Assembly (NCBI GenBank): GCA_051313645.2
Contig: JBNRSN020000012.1
Location: 32,550,001-32,614,000, forward strand
Length of the DNA stretch: 64,000 nt
Origin: Centroscyllium fabricii
Taxonomy: Eukaryota
Reading direction: 5' to 3'
Shown here: positions 37,396-51,083 of the stretch, piece by piece
Layout of the letters: the number at the start of each line of letters is the position of its first letter
How positions within the stretch are numbered: position 1 is the first letter of the stretch
Position numbers and translations under genes: made by a program
The notes under the pieces: generated by a model
Told to the model about the DNA's origin: nothing
Database searches by the model: none
Seen by the model: the letters and a program-made list of their open reading frames with translations, nothing else

Positions 37396-37746
37396 CCCCT
37401 GCCATTACAGAGACATGCCTCTGCTAAATGTCAGGTGATCATTGATACTGCCAACTCACTAATGTTTTTGGAACCAGTCCGATGCACTGCAGGGGCATTT
37501 CTGGTCCTGTACTGGTATGTCAATAATGCCGGACACAAGTTGCAGATGGGTGAAGCTGATGTGACAATTTGGCCAGGCCCCAACAAGGAAAAGCTGGAAA
37601 GCATTCTGTAAAATAAAATAGTGAAGTACAGATGGTCAGTATCTTTTCCAGAGCTGTAATTGGTTTCATTTTAGCTTCTGTGTATAATAAACCTCTGCTA
37701 CTTTTGGATAACTTGGGTAGACAATACCTACATTTATGCTATATGT

Positions 37747-38256
37747 CAGCGTACCCCAACCGCCGGTCCGCGGGACATTGTTACCGGGACGCGGAAGGGT
37801 CTGTGCCTCGGCGCATGCGCAGATCATTCGCCGCCGGAAGACGCGAGGCACAGACGGAAGATACTCCCCCGCCCGGTCATTGAAAAAATCTCCGCCAGCC
37901 CCCCCACCCCGGTGAGTGAAAGAAAGTCCGCCAGCACCCCCCCCCCCGGTGAGTGAAAGAAATAAGTCCGCCAGCACCCCCCCCTCCCGGTGAGTGAAAG
38001 AAAGTCCGGCAGCAGCCCCCCCTCCTGGTGAGTGAATGAAAGTCCGCCAGCACCCCCCCCCCCCCGCCCCCACCCCGGTGAGTGAAAGAAAGTCCGGCAG
38101 CACACCCCCTCCCGGTGAGTGAAAGAAAGTCCGCCAGCACCCCCCCCCCCTGCCCCCGGTCAGTCAAAAGAACTCCGGCAGCACGCCCCCACCGGTCCAT
38201 GAAAAAATTGACAAGTCCAAAATGGGCCGTGGGCCAAAAAAGGTTGGGGACCCCTG
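37747..38256. mobile_element. hAT (Charlie-like) MITE with internal minisatellite
   Basis: TIRs CAGCGTACCCCAACC / GGTTGGGGACCCCTG and an exact 8-bp TSD ctatatgt (37739-37746, 38257-38264). Confidence 0.85.
37885..38190. repeat. ~37-45 bp minisatellite (ccggtgagtgaaagaaagtccgccagcacccccc), about 7 units
   Basis: Tandem units with variable poly-C. Confidence 0.85.
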
Positions 38257-38267
38257 CTATATGTAAC

Positions 38268-38515
38268 AGGAAAAAGACCTGCATTTATATAGAACTTTTC
38301 ACATCTTCAGGATGTCCCAAAGTTCTCCACAGTCAATTAATTATTTTTAGACGCGTAGTCACTGTTGTTTTTGTAGGCAAAGGCAACAGCAAATTTTCAC
38401 ATGGCAAAGTCCCATGAACAGCAATGGCCAGTAGGGAGTATTGATTGAGGGATGAATGTTGGCCAGGACCCCTGTTCTTCTATGAAAAAGGACCATGGAA
38501 TTGTCCTTTGTCATG
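38268..38515 (-). mobile_element. Deu-domain SINE (SacSINE1-like) 3' part, continuing at about 39495-39550
   Basis: Reverse-complement similarity to 54300-54400 and 55092-55290. Confidence 0.6.
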
Positions 38516-38519
38516 AAAT

Positions 38520-39493
38520 GGACGACACGGTGGCGCAGTGGTTAGCACCGTTGCCTCGCAACAAGGAGCTCCTGGGTTCGAATCCTGCTTGGCCCGGGGA
38601 CCTCTCTGCGTGGAGTTTGCATGTTCTCCCCGTGTTCGTGTGGGTTTCCTCCGGGTACTCCGGTTTCCTCCCGCCACCCAAAGACATGCAGGTTAGGTGA
38701 ATTGGCAAGCACAGCCTAGCCATCGAAAAAGGCAGACACAGAAAGACTTGGCTGCCCAGAGGGGAAAGGCTGTGCTCCCACTGCAGTCAGGGAGCGGTGG
38801 AGACAGAGCTGCACTTCCTCACAACTTGCGAAAACTATCAGGAAATAAGGGGAAATTTCTTCCCAAAATTTGCAACAACATGCCCTGAATTCAAAAATCT
38901 GAACGACCACCAAAAACTCCCATATCTATTGGGGGAACAGAGGGACTGTATAAAATAGCGGCAAACTACGTCACAGCTTGCCATAAGCAGAGGGACAACC
39001 AGTGACCACTGAAGCTAAGAAGAGCCTACAAGATCGATATGCGGGTATATATGTATGTGTTTGCATAGCTATTCATTCAATACGTCTGGTTATGCATTTG
39101 TATGTCCAATTGTATATGTTCTTTTTAGATCTATATGTGGGTTTTTATGTGTATGTGTATGCATAGTTATTCATTCAATAAGTCTGGTTATGCATTTGTA
39201 TGTTGAACTGTATATGTTCTTTTTCTGTGCTTTGGCAACATAGGATGTATCTTGTCATGCCAATAAAGCAATTTGAATTGAATTGAATTGAATTGGAGAT
39301 ACTAAAAAAAATTGCACATGATTATGTGTGTGAGATATAGTTCTTAGAGTTGGGGGTGTCGGGGGATATGGGGAGAGGGTAGGAGGGGGGTGCTGGGTTG
39401 GGATGATCAGCCATGGACTCATCAAAATGGCGGAGCAGGCTCGAAGGGCTGAATGGCCTACTCCTGCTCCTATCTTCTGTGTGTTTCTGTGTT
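38520..39493 (+). mobile_element. HE1-like SINE (second subfamily) interrupted by an RTEX-like LINE
   Basis: The joined halves match the intact copy at 52749-53110. Confidence 0.8.
38706..39296 (+). mobile_element. RTEX-like LINE family A, 5'-truncated
   Basis: Highly similar to 17946-18510. tgaattgg is duplicated at both ends. Confidence 0.75.
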
Positions 39494-41382
39494 TATATTC
39501 ATCTGAACAAGCAGACAGGGCCTCCGTTTAACGTTTCATCTAAAAGACATATAAAGAGTAATTCAACCAAATGTTCCACTAATACCCTTCTGTTATTATT
39601 AAACCCGTGTAGATCTTGGAAGGCAAAGTTTTACAAGTGATTAAAATATTGTAAAATTTGAAAAGTGTCACTATCTAACCTACTGTTAGAAAGAAATCTG
39701 ATTCAGTTCAACTTTTGTCCCCCTATCTTCTTAACACTTTTGTTTAGAGCAATTTTCTAAAGTTAATCATAATATTTCGTCAGTGATTTTTCAAAAGGGC
39801 CCTGATACTGAAAATATTTTTGTTTGATGTTTGTACTGATTGGTTGATGCTATTAGTGACACCAATTTATAACAAACGTTTTGGGGTTAATTGGAAAAAA
39901 GATGCGTGTATCCCCTCTAATAATAAATGACAGCTAACAGTCAGAGAGAAATATTAGCAAAGACTTCAGTCACTGGCTTTGGAAGGTTGCCCCTAAATTA
40001 GACCTTAGTGAAGAAAGGAATGAATTCTGTGCTTATTTAATCAGACTTCAGCAGCAGCAATCTAACTAAATGTAGCAAAAGCTTTCTGTAGATTAGAGCA
40101 GTGCCTTCCTGTGTATATGTGCAGAAAGTTAGGAAATGTGGATATGGTAAAATTGTGGTTAGCTGGATTAATGCATTGTATTAAACACCGCAGGCAGCAG
40201 CAGTAACAGGTTTGTGTGTCATTTATTCACCTCAGAGACTGGAGAAGAGAAAGTTAGCCCACTGTGAGTTTACATTTCTCTGAGAACAAGTAAGGCGTTG
40301 AAGTCCAAAAAAAGCAGGCAGACAAATCACAGTTATCGTCCTTGTGCATTGGCTTTTAGAACTCTCAGCCGTTACATTAGAAGACTACACACATTGAAGA
40401 AGGCACCCTGAGGAATCTGTTATGAAATTCCAGATGATATTACACTTAGCTCAAAAATCATCTTCGTATAATATGTTTAATATGCGTATCTGACCTGGTG
40501 GCTGAAACAGCCAATTCGACAGCTGCTTATGTGTCACATGCTTTCCCAATGGCAGTGCCTCATTAGTGGGTCGAACTGTTGTTTTCAGTAACCCCCTCAG
40601 TGCAGTTTTTAAAGTTAAACTAAATTGAAATCCAAAGAAAAAAATATTAAAACAATATTGTTTTTCTGGATGAAAACATTTGAAGGGTGGGGGTTCAAAC
40701 TGCAATTTTAATTGCTCCAGCTTTGCAGGCTAAATAGTTGCACGGTCTGTAAACAGAGCTGTGCCTCCCCTGGAAAATTCAGAAATGGTGCCTTCCACAT
40801 TTCCCCAGGAGGTTGTCCCGTAGCTTCAGCTGGGATTAAGACCCACCCTGAATTTTTTTTTATTCGCTGTTTAGCCAATTATGCTTAGACTTAGAAATCA
40901 ATTAAGAGATCCATCTCATTGCTGTTTGTGGGTGGTAGATTGCAGGAAGAATGGCAATAATGGAATGATGAAGGGAAGAAGCAATTCCAATTATATACAG
41001 TGTTACACAGCTTGTTAACATTTTCACAGGAAAGTTGGATGGCCCAGGGCATGCTCTCCGCAACATTTCAAGACAGATAAATATTTTAAGAACCAATGCA
41101 TTTTTCCGAATGTTTAGATGGGTATTTTTTTTTACAGAACACTCTTTAATTAAAATAGGTAGGCCGGCTGCCACAAGGTGCCAGACTGTTGGGATGTAGC
41201 TTCAATCCACTAGCTTTTCATTCTCAGTTATTTAGCTGTGGAGGGGTGCAGAATGGAAGCTCAATTGGCCTCGTACAAGAAGGTTGAGAAAAGTGAAAAT
41301 CCTCATTCCACTTTTGTTTGACCCCAGTTCGTACGTGAATTGGGTCTGTGGTAGAACCATTGCTCAGGACCATTGCTCAGGA

Positions 41383-42280
41383 TTACGGCTTGCATGTTGT
41401 CGTGAAGCAGGCGGACGTTGGTGACAAACTTTTCAGGGCAGCCGAATTTGAGGAGGACACTCTATAATCCCTCACGGTTGAGAGTGTCGAAGGCCTTTGT
41501 GAATTCAAAGAAGGCCATGTACAGCGGTTGGTGCTGTCCCTGCATGACTCTTGTAATTGACGTGCGGTAAAGATCATGTCCATTGTGCCCCTTAGTGGGC
41601 GGAATACACATTGAGACTCTGGGAGGAGCTCTTCAGCCACTGGGAGAAGGTGATTGAGGAGGATTCTTGTGATGACTTTCCCTGTGGCAGACAGCAGGGA
41701 AACTCCTCTGTAATTACCGCAATCAGACTTGTCACCTTTCTTGAAGATGGTCACAATTACGGCGTCTCTCTCCTCCTTCCAGATAAGAGAAATGAGTTCA
41801 TGAATTCATAGAAACATAGAAACATAGAAACTAGGAGCAGGAGTAGGCCATTCGGCCCTTCGAGCCTGCTCCGCCATTCAATGAGATCATGGCTGATCAT
41901 CCAAACCCAGCACCCCGCCCCTGCTCTCTCCCCACATCCCTCGATCCCTATCGAGCCTGCACCGACACATATCCCACCCTATCCCCATAACCCCACATAT
42001 TCAATCGCCCTAACACTAAGGGTCAATTTATCCTGGCCAATCAACCTAACCCGCACATCTTTGGACTGTGGGAGGAAACCGGAGCACCCGGAGGAAACCC
42101 ACGCAGACACGGGGAGAATGTGCAAACTCCACACAGATAGTCACCCGAGGCTGGATTTGAACCCGGGTCTCCAGTGCTGTGAGGCAACAGTGCTAACCAC
42201 TGTGCCACCGTGCCGCCCTAACGCTAGTCATGCTTCTCCGCCATGCTTTAGCGCCTCGGCGGGGATTCCTGAGGCCTTGT
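41383..42280 (-). mobile_element. RTE-clade LINE internal fragment interrupted by a SINE
   Basis: IFKKGDKSDCGNYRGVSLLSATGKV RT segment, near-identical to 44520-44965. Continues at 42220-42280. Confidence 0.8.
41807..42218 (-). mobile_element. HE1-like SINE, full length
   Basis: Same structure as the 32065 copy. Confidence 0.85.
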
Positions 42281-44498
42281 TGTTCTCCTTTCTCTACTGT
42301 TTTAATGACAGCATTAATTTGTTTATTTTCAACAATTAATATCTACGTTTTAATTGCAGATAAAAGAATTTCATAGAAATGGGTTAAAGCATTGTGTTAA
42401 TATCACACAGTAACCATCAGACACTAATGTGATCTTTTGGTATGTTTTGGTTGTTTATAATTTTAAACTAGTCATTTTTTGCACTCTTATTATTCATGCA
42501 CCAAATATATTGATACATTACAAAATTCAAGCTAGTTTGAAGGGTTGAGAACTGTTTCATCAGCACATTTTAAAGCAACAAGAATATTTGAGGCACAGAA
42601 ATATATGGTAAAGTCTGAAACTAGACAACTCATTCCAGAGTATGATAAATCTCAATTCAGTATATTCACAAACTCATGCATCTTTGGAGCAGAAGAATGG
42701 AGGATTACTCTTCCCAGAGCCCTTTTCCTCTAGGACATCAATCTGAAGATGTGACTACCAGCAATTTGAATCTTTAAACTCTAACAAGGTGGTACTCGGA
42801 AGAGGTAACTAATATTTTCATGACTCAGGCCAGCAAGTATTTCAGTGTGTGGACTTAATAAGTATACCATGGTGAGATGTGATTATAATTTTTTTTAATT
42901 TTTATCGCTGAAGTAGTTCAATGCCATAATTGGCACAGAAAGAGCTACAAAATGGTGCATTGTTAAGTTTTATGTAATGGTCCTAAAACAAAATTAGCTG
43001 TTATTAATGAAAAGTGATTAAGGAGTACTGGGGATTATCTTAATCTATGTTAAATGCAAGGGATGGGAAAATCCTTTAAGTATAAATGACAATGGGTAAT
43101 ATTAATGAATATCCACTGCAGTCTGGTTGCTAGTACAAAGATCCTCCACGGCAGCCTGAAATGAGCCTATTTCATAAATGTTGAGTGCAATGGTCATCTT
43201 CATAGCCACAGAGACAGCAATGTGTGTAGTCAGTGACAGAGCTGCCTTTCTGCCTCTTTGGTGAAGTGCAGAATGACAAATAAAAACATTTCCCTGCTGC
43301 AGAAATTTCTATTCAAACTCTCCAGACTCTTGTATTGCGAAATCTCTTCACTTTTGCCTGTATTAACTGATCCTACCAACTGCGGTGCCTTATAAATTTC
43401 AGTCTAAGTTACTAAGAGCACTACTGGCTCTCATTATAATATATGTTAATGAAGGCAGTCAGACTTTATGGGCGGATCGCAGGAAGGGTCAAGAATTACA
43501 AGGGGACTAGGGGAAAGCATTGAATGTCTGAAATTGGGTGAATTTGATTTTTACCTGATTTTCCTGTCAGAAAGGATTACCTGCGCCATTTTTGCACCGC
43601 GAACATGCCAAAAAACAGTAAGGGGATTCACCCCCACCACCACCACCCACCCAAAGAATTCAATCTACAGTTTCTTTCAAACTCTTTTCAAAAAAGAAAG
43701 AAATTCTAAAATCCTGAGAAAACGAGAGAACACAACTTTGTACCCTTCAAACCAAGCCGATGCATGGATTGCACACCGGCAAGTCTTGCAAACTGCACGT
43801 TAAAAATGCACAGATGTGATTGAAAATGCCATCCAGCTGTGGTAAAGTAAGAATGTCTAGTTGAAGCTCAAGCTTTTGAGATGGGTTGAGACCTTGCAGT
43901 AAACACTTCAACAAAAGTCTTAAAAGATGCAAAGGCCAATTTAATGGCTAAATGTAATTGTGTTATCCCCAAAAATGTGATTTTTATATTTTGTTTAAAA
44001 CCTTATTATTGATATTAGAAATTTCAGTTACTGAAAAAGAAATGACAGATTATTTTTTTCAGAACGCATTTTGAGTGATATCATTGGTTTACCGTAATGA
44101 GGAAAAGTTGACATGTCGAGATAAGGTTTTGCCATTATAATTTTTTACAAATGGATTTCCATTTTAAATGTTAACATAACTAGTGTGATGCAAAATAGTG
44201 AAATGGGAGGTAATATATGTCAACAGGATATGTACACTACATCCAGGATCTTTAATAATATATATACTAAAGAATAACACACATAGGAATGTGTTTCTTG
44301 GCACTAATGGGTAGATTTTTAAGAACATAAGGAACAGGATCACGAATAGGCCACTTGTCCCCTCGAGCCTGCTCCACCATTCAATAAGATCATGGCTGAT
44401 CTTATCCTCAAAGACACTTCCTTGCCTGCTCCCCATAAACCTTCACTCCCTTATCTTGCAAAAATCTGTCTATCTCCACCTTAAATGTATTTAAGGAC

Positions 44499-46200
44499 TA
44501 CTGTCAAGCACTACTGGCATGAATTCATGAACTCATTTCTCTTATCTGGAAGGAGGAGAACATGCCAGGGGATCTCAGAGATGCCATAATTGTGACCATC
44601 TTCAAGAAAGGTGACAAGTCCGATTGCGGTAATTACAAAGGAGTTTCCCTGCTGTCTGCCACAGGGAAAGTCATCACAAGAATCCTCCTCAATCGCCTTC
44701 TCCCAGTGGCTGAAGAGCTCCTCCCAGAGTCACAATGCGGATTCCGCCCACTAAGGGGCACAATGGGCATGATCTTCACCACACGTCAATTACAAGAGAA
44801 ATGCAGGGAACAGCACCAACCGCTGTACATGGCCTTTCTTTGATCTCACAAAGGCTTTCAACACTGTCAACCGTGAGGGATTATGGAGTGTCCTCCTCAA
44901 ATTCGGCTGCCCTCAAAAGCTTGTCACCATCCTCCACCTGCTTCACGACGACATGCAAGCCGTGACCCTGACCAATGGTTCCACCACCGACCCAATTGAC
45001 ATACGAACTGGGGTCAAACAAGGCTGTGTCATCGCACCAATGCTGTTCTCGATCTTCCTTGCTGCAATGCTCCATCTCACCCTCAGTAAACTACCCTCTG
45101 GAGTAGAGTTAATTTACAGAACAAATGGAAAACTGTTCAACGTCCGTCGCCTCCAGTCCAGATCCAAGGTCGTCCCGTCCTCTGTCATTGAATTACAGTA
45201 TGCAGACGACGCTTGTGTCTGCGCTCACTCGGCGGTTGAACTCCAAACCATTGTCAACACCTTCACTGAAACGTACGAGAGCATGGGCCTTACACTTAAC
45301 ATCCGTAAGACAAAGGTCCTCTGCCAACCTGCCCTGCCACACAGTACTGCCCCCCGATGATCAAAATCCACAACAAGGCCTTGGACAACGTGGACCACTT
45401 TCCATACCTTGGGACCCTACTGTCAACAAGGGTAGGCGTCGACGACGAAGTCCAACACCGCCTTCAGTGTGCCAGTGCAGCCTTCGGTCGCCTGAGGAAG
45501 AGAGTGTTTGAAGACCAGGACCTCAAACCCGGCACTAAGCTCATGGTCTACAGAGCAGCAGTGATACCCGTCCTGCTGTTTGCCTCAGAGACATGGATCA
45601 TGTGCAGCAGGCATCTCAAAGCACTGGAGAGGTACCACCAACGCTGCCTCCACAATATCCTGCAAATCCATTGGCAGGATAAGCGCACCAACGTCAGTAT
45701 TCTCACTCAGGCCAACATCCCCAGCATCGAAGCTTTGACCACGCTCGATCAGCTCCGATGGATGGGTCACATTGTCCGCATGCCCGATATGAGACTCCCA
45801 AAACAAGCGCTCTACTCGGAGCTCCGGCATGGCTGGAGAGCCCCAGTTGGGCAGAGGAAATGCTTCAAGGACACCCTTAAAGCCTCCTTGAAAAAGTGTA
45901 ACATCCCACCGACACCTGGGAACACCTGGTCCATGACCGCACAAAGTGGAGGAGAAGCATCCGGGAAGGCGCAGAATATCCCAAGTCTCTTCGCCGGGAG
46001 CAAGTGGAAGCCAAGTGGAGGCAATGCAAAGAGCGCACGTCAACCCAAGCACCCCACCCACCCGCCCCTTCAACCACCGTCTGCCCCACCTGTGACAGAG
46101 ACTGTAGGTCCCGCATTGGACTCATCAGTCACCTGAGAACTCACTTTTAATGTGGAAGCAAGTCATCCTCGGTTCCGAGAGACTGCCTAAGAAGAAGAAG
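44499..46200 (+). mobile_element. RTE-clade LINE, 5'-truncated, frameshifted RT
   Basis: GVKQGCVIAPMLF...LQYADD...FPYLG motifs, (AAG)n tail, TSD atttaaggac/atttaatgac. Confidence 0.85.
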
Positions 46201-46720
46201 ATTTAATGACCCAGCCTCCATGGCTCTCTGGGGCAGAGAAGTCCACAGATTTATGACCCTCTGAGAGAAGAAATTCCTCCTCATCTCAGTTCTAAAAGGG
46301 CGACCCTTTATTCTGAAACTATGCCCCCGAGTTCTAGATTTCCCCACGAGGGGAAACATCCTCTCTGCATCTACCTTTTGGAGCCCTCTCAGTATTTTAT
46401 ATGTTTCAATAAGATCACCTCTCACTCTTCTAAGTCCTAATGAGTATAGGTACAACCTGCTCAACCTTTCTTCATAAGACAACCCCTTCATCTCAGGAAT
46501 CAACCTAGTGAATCATCTCTGAACTGCCTCCAATGCAAGTATATCCCTCCTTAAATAAGGAGACCAGAACTGTATGTAGTACTCCAGATGTGGTCTCACC
46601 AACGCCCTGTACAGTTGTAGCAGGGCTTCTCTGCTTTTATACTACAACCTCCTTGCAATAAAGGCCAACGTTCCATTTGCCTTTTTGATTATTTGCTGTA
46701 CCTGCATGCTAATTTTTTTT

Positions 46721-47482
46721 GGGGAAAATTCCATTGCTTGCGCCTCCCGTTAGCACCCTAAGAGGGCTGCTAATGGGACGCAAGGCACTTAGCGCCTGGG
46801 CTGGCGCCTCCCGCGATATTCAGTGGGGCGCTGGCGGGTGCGGTAACTGGTAGTGCCCCGTGGAGCTGCGCTACCGCCGATGACATCATTGCAGTGCGCA
46901 GCACCCCACTCGCGCCCCGGCTGTGAACTTCAGTTGCGCCCGCTGCCGCACCGCCGGACGCTGTCACCGACAGGGTCAGCGGGGCGTACTTGCAGCAGGG
47001 AGAGTGATAGTTAAAGGGAGGGGTGCCAGGCGGCCATTTTTCTAGCTGGCCGACTGCCAGCACCTGCCCTCTCTGCCGTCCCCGGCCTTCCCCGATGCCC
47101 CCCCCCCCGCGGAGTGCCGGCTGTGCTCCGTGAGCCCGGCACTTCCCTCGAGTGCCGGGCTCCTTTGGCGGCATTGCGATCCCCGGCGGTCCAACGGGGC
47201 TCTGGCCTGAGCCGCGCTAGGCCACTCCCCTTTAATCACGGGAGGAAGGCCTGCAGTACCGCGGCGTGGCACTCTGCAGAGCGTGGCGCAGCGACCCACA
47301 GTGCCCGAAATTGTGTGGTAGTGCCTAAAGAACGAGGTGGGGCGCCTGAAGTAGCGCCCCACCTCCTACTTGGGGCGCTAAAACCCAATTTCAGGAGGAG
47401 CGGCACTAACTTTTTCGGGGCGCTAAAAAGAATGCAAATCCGCAGTTAGCACCCCAAATGGGGCGCAACCCAATTTTCCCCC
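46721..47482. mobile_element. GC-rich non-autonomous DNA transposon (GGGGAAAATT TIR family)
   Basis: TIR GGGGAAAATT/AATTTTCCCC. Related to 48176-48868 and 58434-59301, and interrupts a CR1. Confidence 0.7.
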
Positions 47483-47553
47483 TTTGTGTTTTATGTACAA
47501 GGACCCCCAAGTCCCTCTGAACTGTAGCATTGTTGATCAGTCACCCGTTATAG

Positions 47554-47865
47554 CAGGGGTCCCCAATTACCGGGCCGCGGACCGGTACCGGGCCGTGGAT
47601 CATTTGGTACCGGGCCGCACAGAAAGAATAAAAATGTTTTAATTTTTATTTTATTTCCATTTTATTGACTATCGCAGTCTGCAGGGTGTTTTATTTTGAA
47701 AAATGACCACTTCCGTCTGTGCCTCTTTCCCGCACTTGTCTCAGTCGCAGTTTTTTTCCATGCACTGATAAATTAAGCCCACGAGCTAATTCTTCCCCCT
47801 CGGTCCGTGGAAAAATTGTCCTGCATGAAACTGGTCCGTGGTGCAAAAAAGGTTGGGGACCGCTG
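47554..47865. mobile_element. hAT (Charlie-like) MITE
   Basis: TIR CAGGGGTCCCCAA / TTGGGGACCGCTG and an exact 8-bp TSD cgttatag. Confidence 0.85.
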
Positions 47866-48175
47866 CGTTATAGGATCCACCCGACTTTCAGTTCCAGTGG
47901 AAATTAGATCAGGTGGTTTCTGTGGCGGGCAGCTGATCCACAATGCCAGTTTTATGGCTGGGTAGCAAGTTGAAAATCCACCCCAACATGTCTTCGAGTG
48001 TTTTTGGAACATGCTTACAATTCTGTTCAAGGGAATCTTCACAAATGTATTTAAATTGTCACTTATACATAACCACCAGAGGAATTATTACCCCACTGCG
48101 ATCCTACTTTTGTCATGCACTCCCGGCACTCTGTTACCCTAGTTATTTCACAAATCGCTGTGCAGAAAGCATTAT

Positions 48176-48868
48176 GGGGGTGAAATTCCCTTTGTTTGCA
48201 CCTCTGGTGGAAGGCGCTAATGAGGAGCAAATGGCTTTTCGCCCCCCCCTCTTCGAGACGATAACCACGCCTCTCGTGGAATTCCGCAGGAGGTTAGCAG
48301 CGGTGCTGTTGGGTATTGCCCCAATCTTCTGCGCCCGGAGATCATGACGTCATCTCCGGGTGCAGCGACCCAGTAGCGCCTTGGGAGAAAAATACCCCCC
48401 CTGTGCACCGCAGCAGCGCCGGGCGATGTTACCGACTGACTGCAGGGGTTGCAAACAGTGAGGCCGGCCGCTCACTTGGCGCCATTTAAAGGCACAGTGG
48501 ACTTGAAAAAAAATCGGTGATTTACAAAGAAAGAATTTCTGAGCACCGATCAGTGCGGCGATCGGTCAGCTCTGCACTCCTGCACCACGGTGCTCCAGCA
48601 GATGCCAAAAAAAACAAACGCAGAGCTCGCAGCGGGGAGCCCTTCCCTTTAATTGAGCAGCTGCTGAGCATATCACCCACAGATCGGGACATTCCCCGCC
48701 TTTTGCGCTCCAAGAGCCTAGTGGAGAGCTTGATTTAGTGCTCCACTTTCCTCTTGGAGCAAAAAATGGGAATTTCTCCAATGTTTGAAAAGGTTAACGC
48801 CTGGCGCTAACTTTCCAAACATTTTTGACTTTGCGTCCCAAATGGCCCTCAAGGGGAATTTCTCCCCC
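48176..48868. mobile_element. GC-rich non-autonomous DNA transposon
   Basis: TIR GGGGGTGAAATTCCC / GGGAATTTCTCCCCC. Confidence 0.7.
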
Positions 48869-50209
48869 ACTATATCCGTAAAAGGTTTAACCCTTTCTGA
48901 TCTCTCGAATGGAATGTCAGATTCAGTGACTGAAACAATTTGCTAAACTAACAGTAACATGATATGTTCATTACTAATTGTTATCTATAGATATTACATC
49001 CATATTTACAGATGTATAAGTAAGTAGGCAGAAAGCGATAGCGGCCATTGATGTAAGAACCTGCAATGAAAATAATCTTGCTGATTTGATGACCCTGCTT
49101 TTAATTAAGCTCATTTTCTATCTTGTTAGAACACATGTAAGAGAAAGTATCATCAGAGGTCACTGGGTTCATTGTAAGCGCACATCAAAGAAGAAAAACA
49201 TTGTAGCATTTAAACTTAATGGCAGGTGCACATAGGGGTGCCAGGTCACCTCAGGGTGGTCTAGGGAAGACTGCGGAAAGGCCATCCTGTCCTCAGACCC
49301 TTTTATCTGTCAGGGATGGTAAAGACCCTAGGTTAGAAAGAGATTCAACACTGATTAGAAGCAGTGGACTTCAAGGCTCTCCGGTTTCAGCTTTGCCCAG
49401 CATGGAGGCTGTCGCTCTGTTCCCAACCAACAGGAACATCTGGGTAACAGAAAAAGGAACCTCACGGCAGCGTCACCGAACACTGGGCTGTCAATGTAAT
49501 TCTCGAGAAGCATAGTTCCAAGAGTGTTCAAATTATCAGGTCAAAGGCACTTCAAAGGAGTGTGGGGTGACAGATGTAAAAAAGTTATGATGAACATGAA
49601 CACTAGGGAGGAAACTGTGGTGGTGCGGGGGGACCGAGTACTCAGAAAGAATACCGGCCATTCAGAGTATATAAGACGAGAAAATAAAGACCGTATTGCT
49701 TCCTCTCTAAATAAACAGATGTCTCAATTTTCTGACGCTCCCTACCCCCCTCCCCATTGTGAGAAATAAAATATACCTGAGACTGATGGAATGCCTACAG
49801 TGCCGATGGAACACATTTAAAACCCCATGGAGGCTATTATAAAATATTAGTGTGCTCAGTTCTCATTTGGAGTTATAATTTTACTGTTGTTTTATGGTGC
49901 TGCTCTGAAGTGAATATACACATGATTCCTTTTGCATTTTCTTTGGTAATTTTGCTCCTCGCCGCCTCTCATTTGTTAGTTATTTCCCCTTGTAATGTTT
50001 GTCCACTCGGTGGACCATTTCCTGATTGTGCAGCTGATCTGCTGACCTCACCTCAGGCCACAATCTGTTCATCTCGGTACTGGGCTACAGCAAATAATTT
50101 GGTTTATTTTCTGATTTTACCACTCTTTTTCTAAAAGGGACAGCTCATACTGCGCTATCGCACCATCAGCAGCGGCGATACCTCATCCAAATGGCCGTTC
50201 TTCATGTGT

Positions 50210-50290
50210 GCGTTCTGTTTGATAACGCTCCTGTGAAGCGCCTTGGAATGTTTTACGACATTAAAGGTGCTGTATAAATGCAAGTTGTTG
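50210..50290 (+). mobile_element. L2-type LINE/SINE 3' tail
   Basis: gtgaagcgccttgg...aaaggtgctgtataaatgcaagttgttg, inserted into an older SINE. Confidence 0.6.
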
Positions 50291-50388
50291 TGTCTGGACA
50301 GTGGGTGGCGGTAGGCTAGTCAACCACGGGAGTCATCACAGCCAAGCCTGGTCGTGTCCTCACCCAATATCCACACACACAGGCATTT

Positions 50389-50895
50389 TAAGAACATAAG
50401 AACATAAGAAATAGGAGCAGGAGTAGGCCCATCGGCCCCTCGAGCCTGCTCCACCACCCAACAAGACCATGGCTGATCTGATCCTAACCTCAATTTTATT
50501 TTTACTCTCCACCCCGCCCAGACCCATGTGATCACCTGAGAGAGGCGAAAAACCAGATAAAAAACCCAGTAGCCAATTTGGGAGAAAAAATCAGGAAAAT
50601 TCCTCTCCGACCCATCTAGGCAATCGAAAACTGGTCCAGGAGTTCACATGGCCGATCTGAACCTAGCCTCACGTCCACTTACTTGCCCGCTCACCATAAC
50701 CCCTAATTCTCTTTAATTCCAGGAAACTGTCTATCTCAGTTTTAAATTTATTCAACGTAGTAGCTTCCACAGCTCTCTGGGGCAGCAAATTCCACAGCCC
50801 CACCACCCTCTGAGTGAAGAAGTTTCTCCTCATCTCAGTTTTGAAATGGCAGCCCCTTATTTTAAGATTATGCCCCCTAGTCCTAGTCTCACCCA
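50389..50895 (-). mobile_element. CR1 LINE 3' end
   Basis: (CTTATGTT)n tail and CR1 C-terminal coding remnant. Confidence 0.7.
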
Positions 50896-51083
50896 GCTGA
50901 GATCAGCATGTAGTAATCAAGAGTAGGATTTCAGTCTGATTATTTTCTCCTTGCCCTGCTGAAGCCAACTGAAGCACCCACTGTCATCCTGACTGAAATC
51001 AGCCCACTCAGTATAGACCAGGAGACAGTGTGGAACATGTCAGTGTAGAACACCACTTCAAACTAAACTGAGACACCACCACT

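Larger units (their letters stand above)
44321..47535 (-). mobile_element. CR1 LINE 3' region fragmented by RTE and DNA-transposon insertions
   Basis: ORF 46147-46503 LSYEERLSRL.LYSL..RRVRGDLIETYKIL...TRGH...RRNFFSQRV, with the 3' tail at 44321-44498. Confidence 0.8.

Noticed and set aside
37885-38190. CRISPR-like repeat array
   Set aside because: Tandem minisatellite without unique spacers, inside a eukaryotic hAT element.
38520-38595. tRNA genes (also at 52749, 54153 and other SINE heads)
   Set aside because: The A/B boxes belong to tRNA-derived SINE heads that continue into V or Deu domains.
44562-46136. Functional reverse transcriptase gene
   Set aside because: 5'-truncated and broken by stops and frameshifts; a dead RTE copy.
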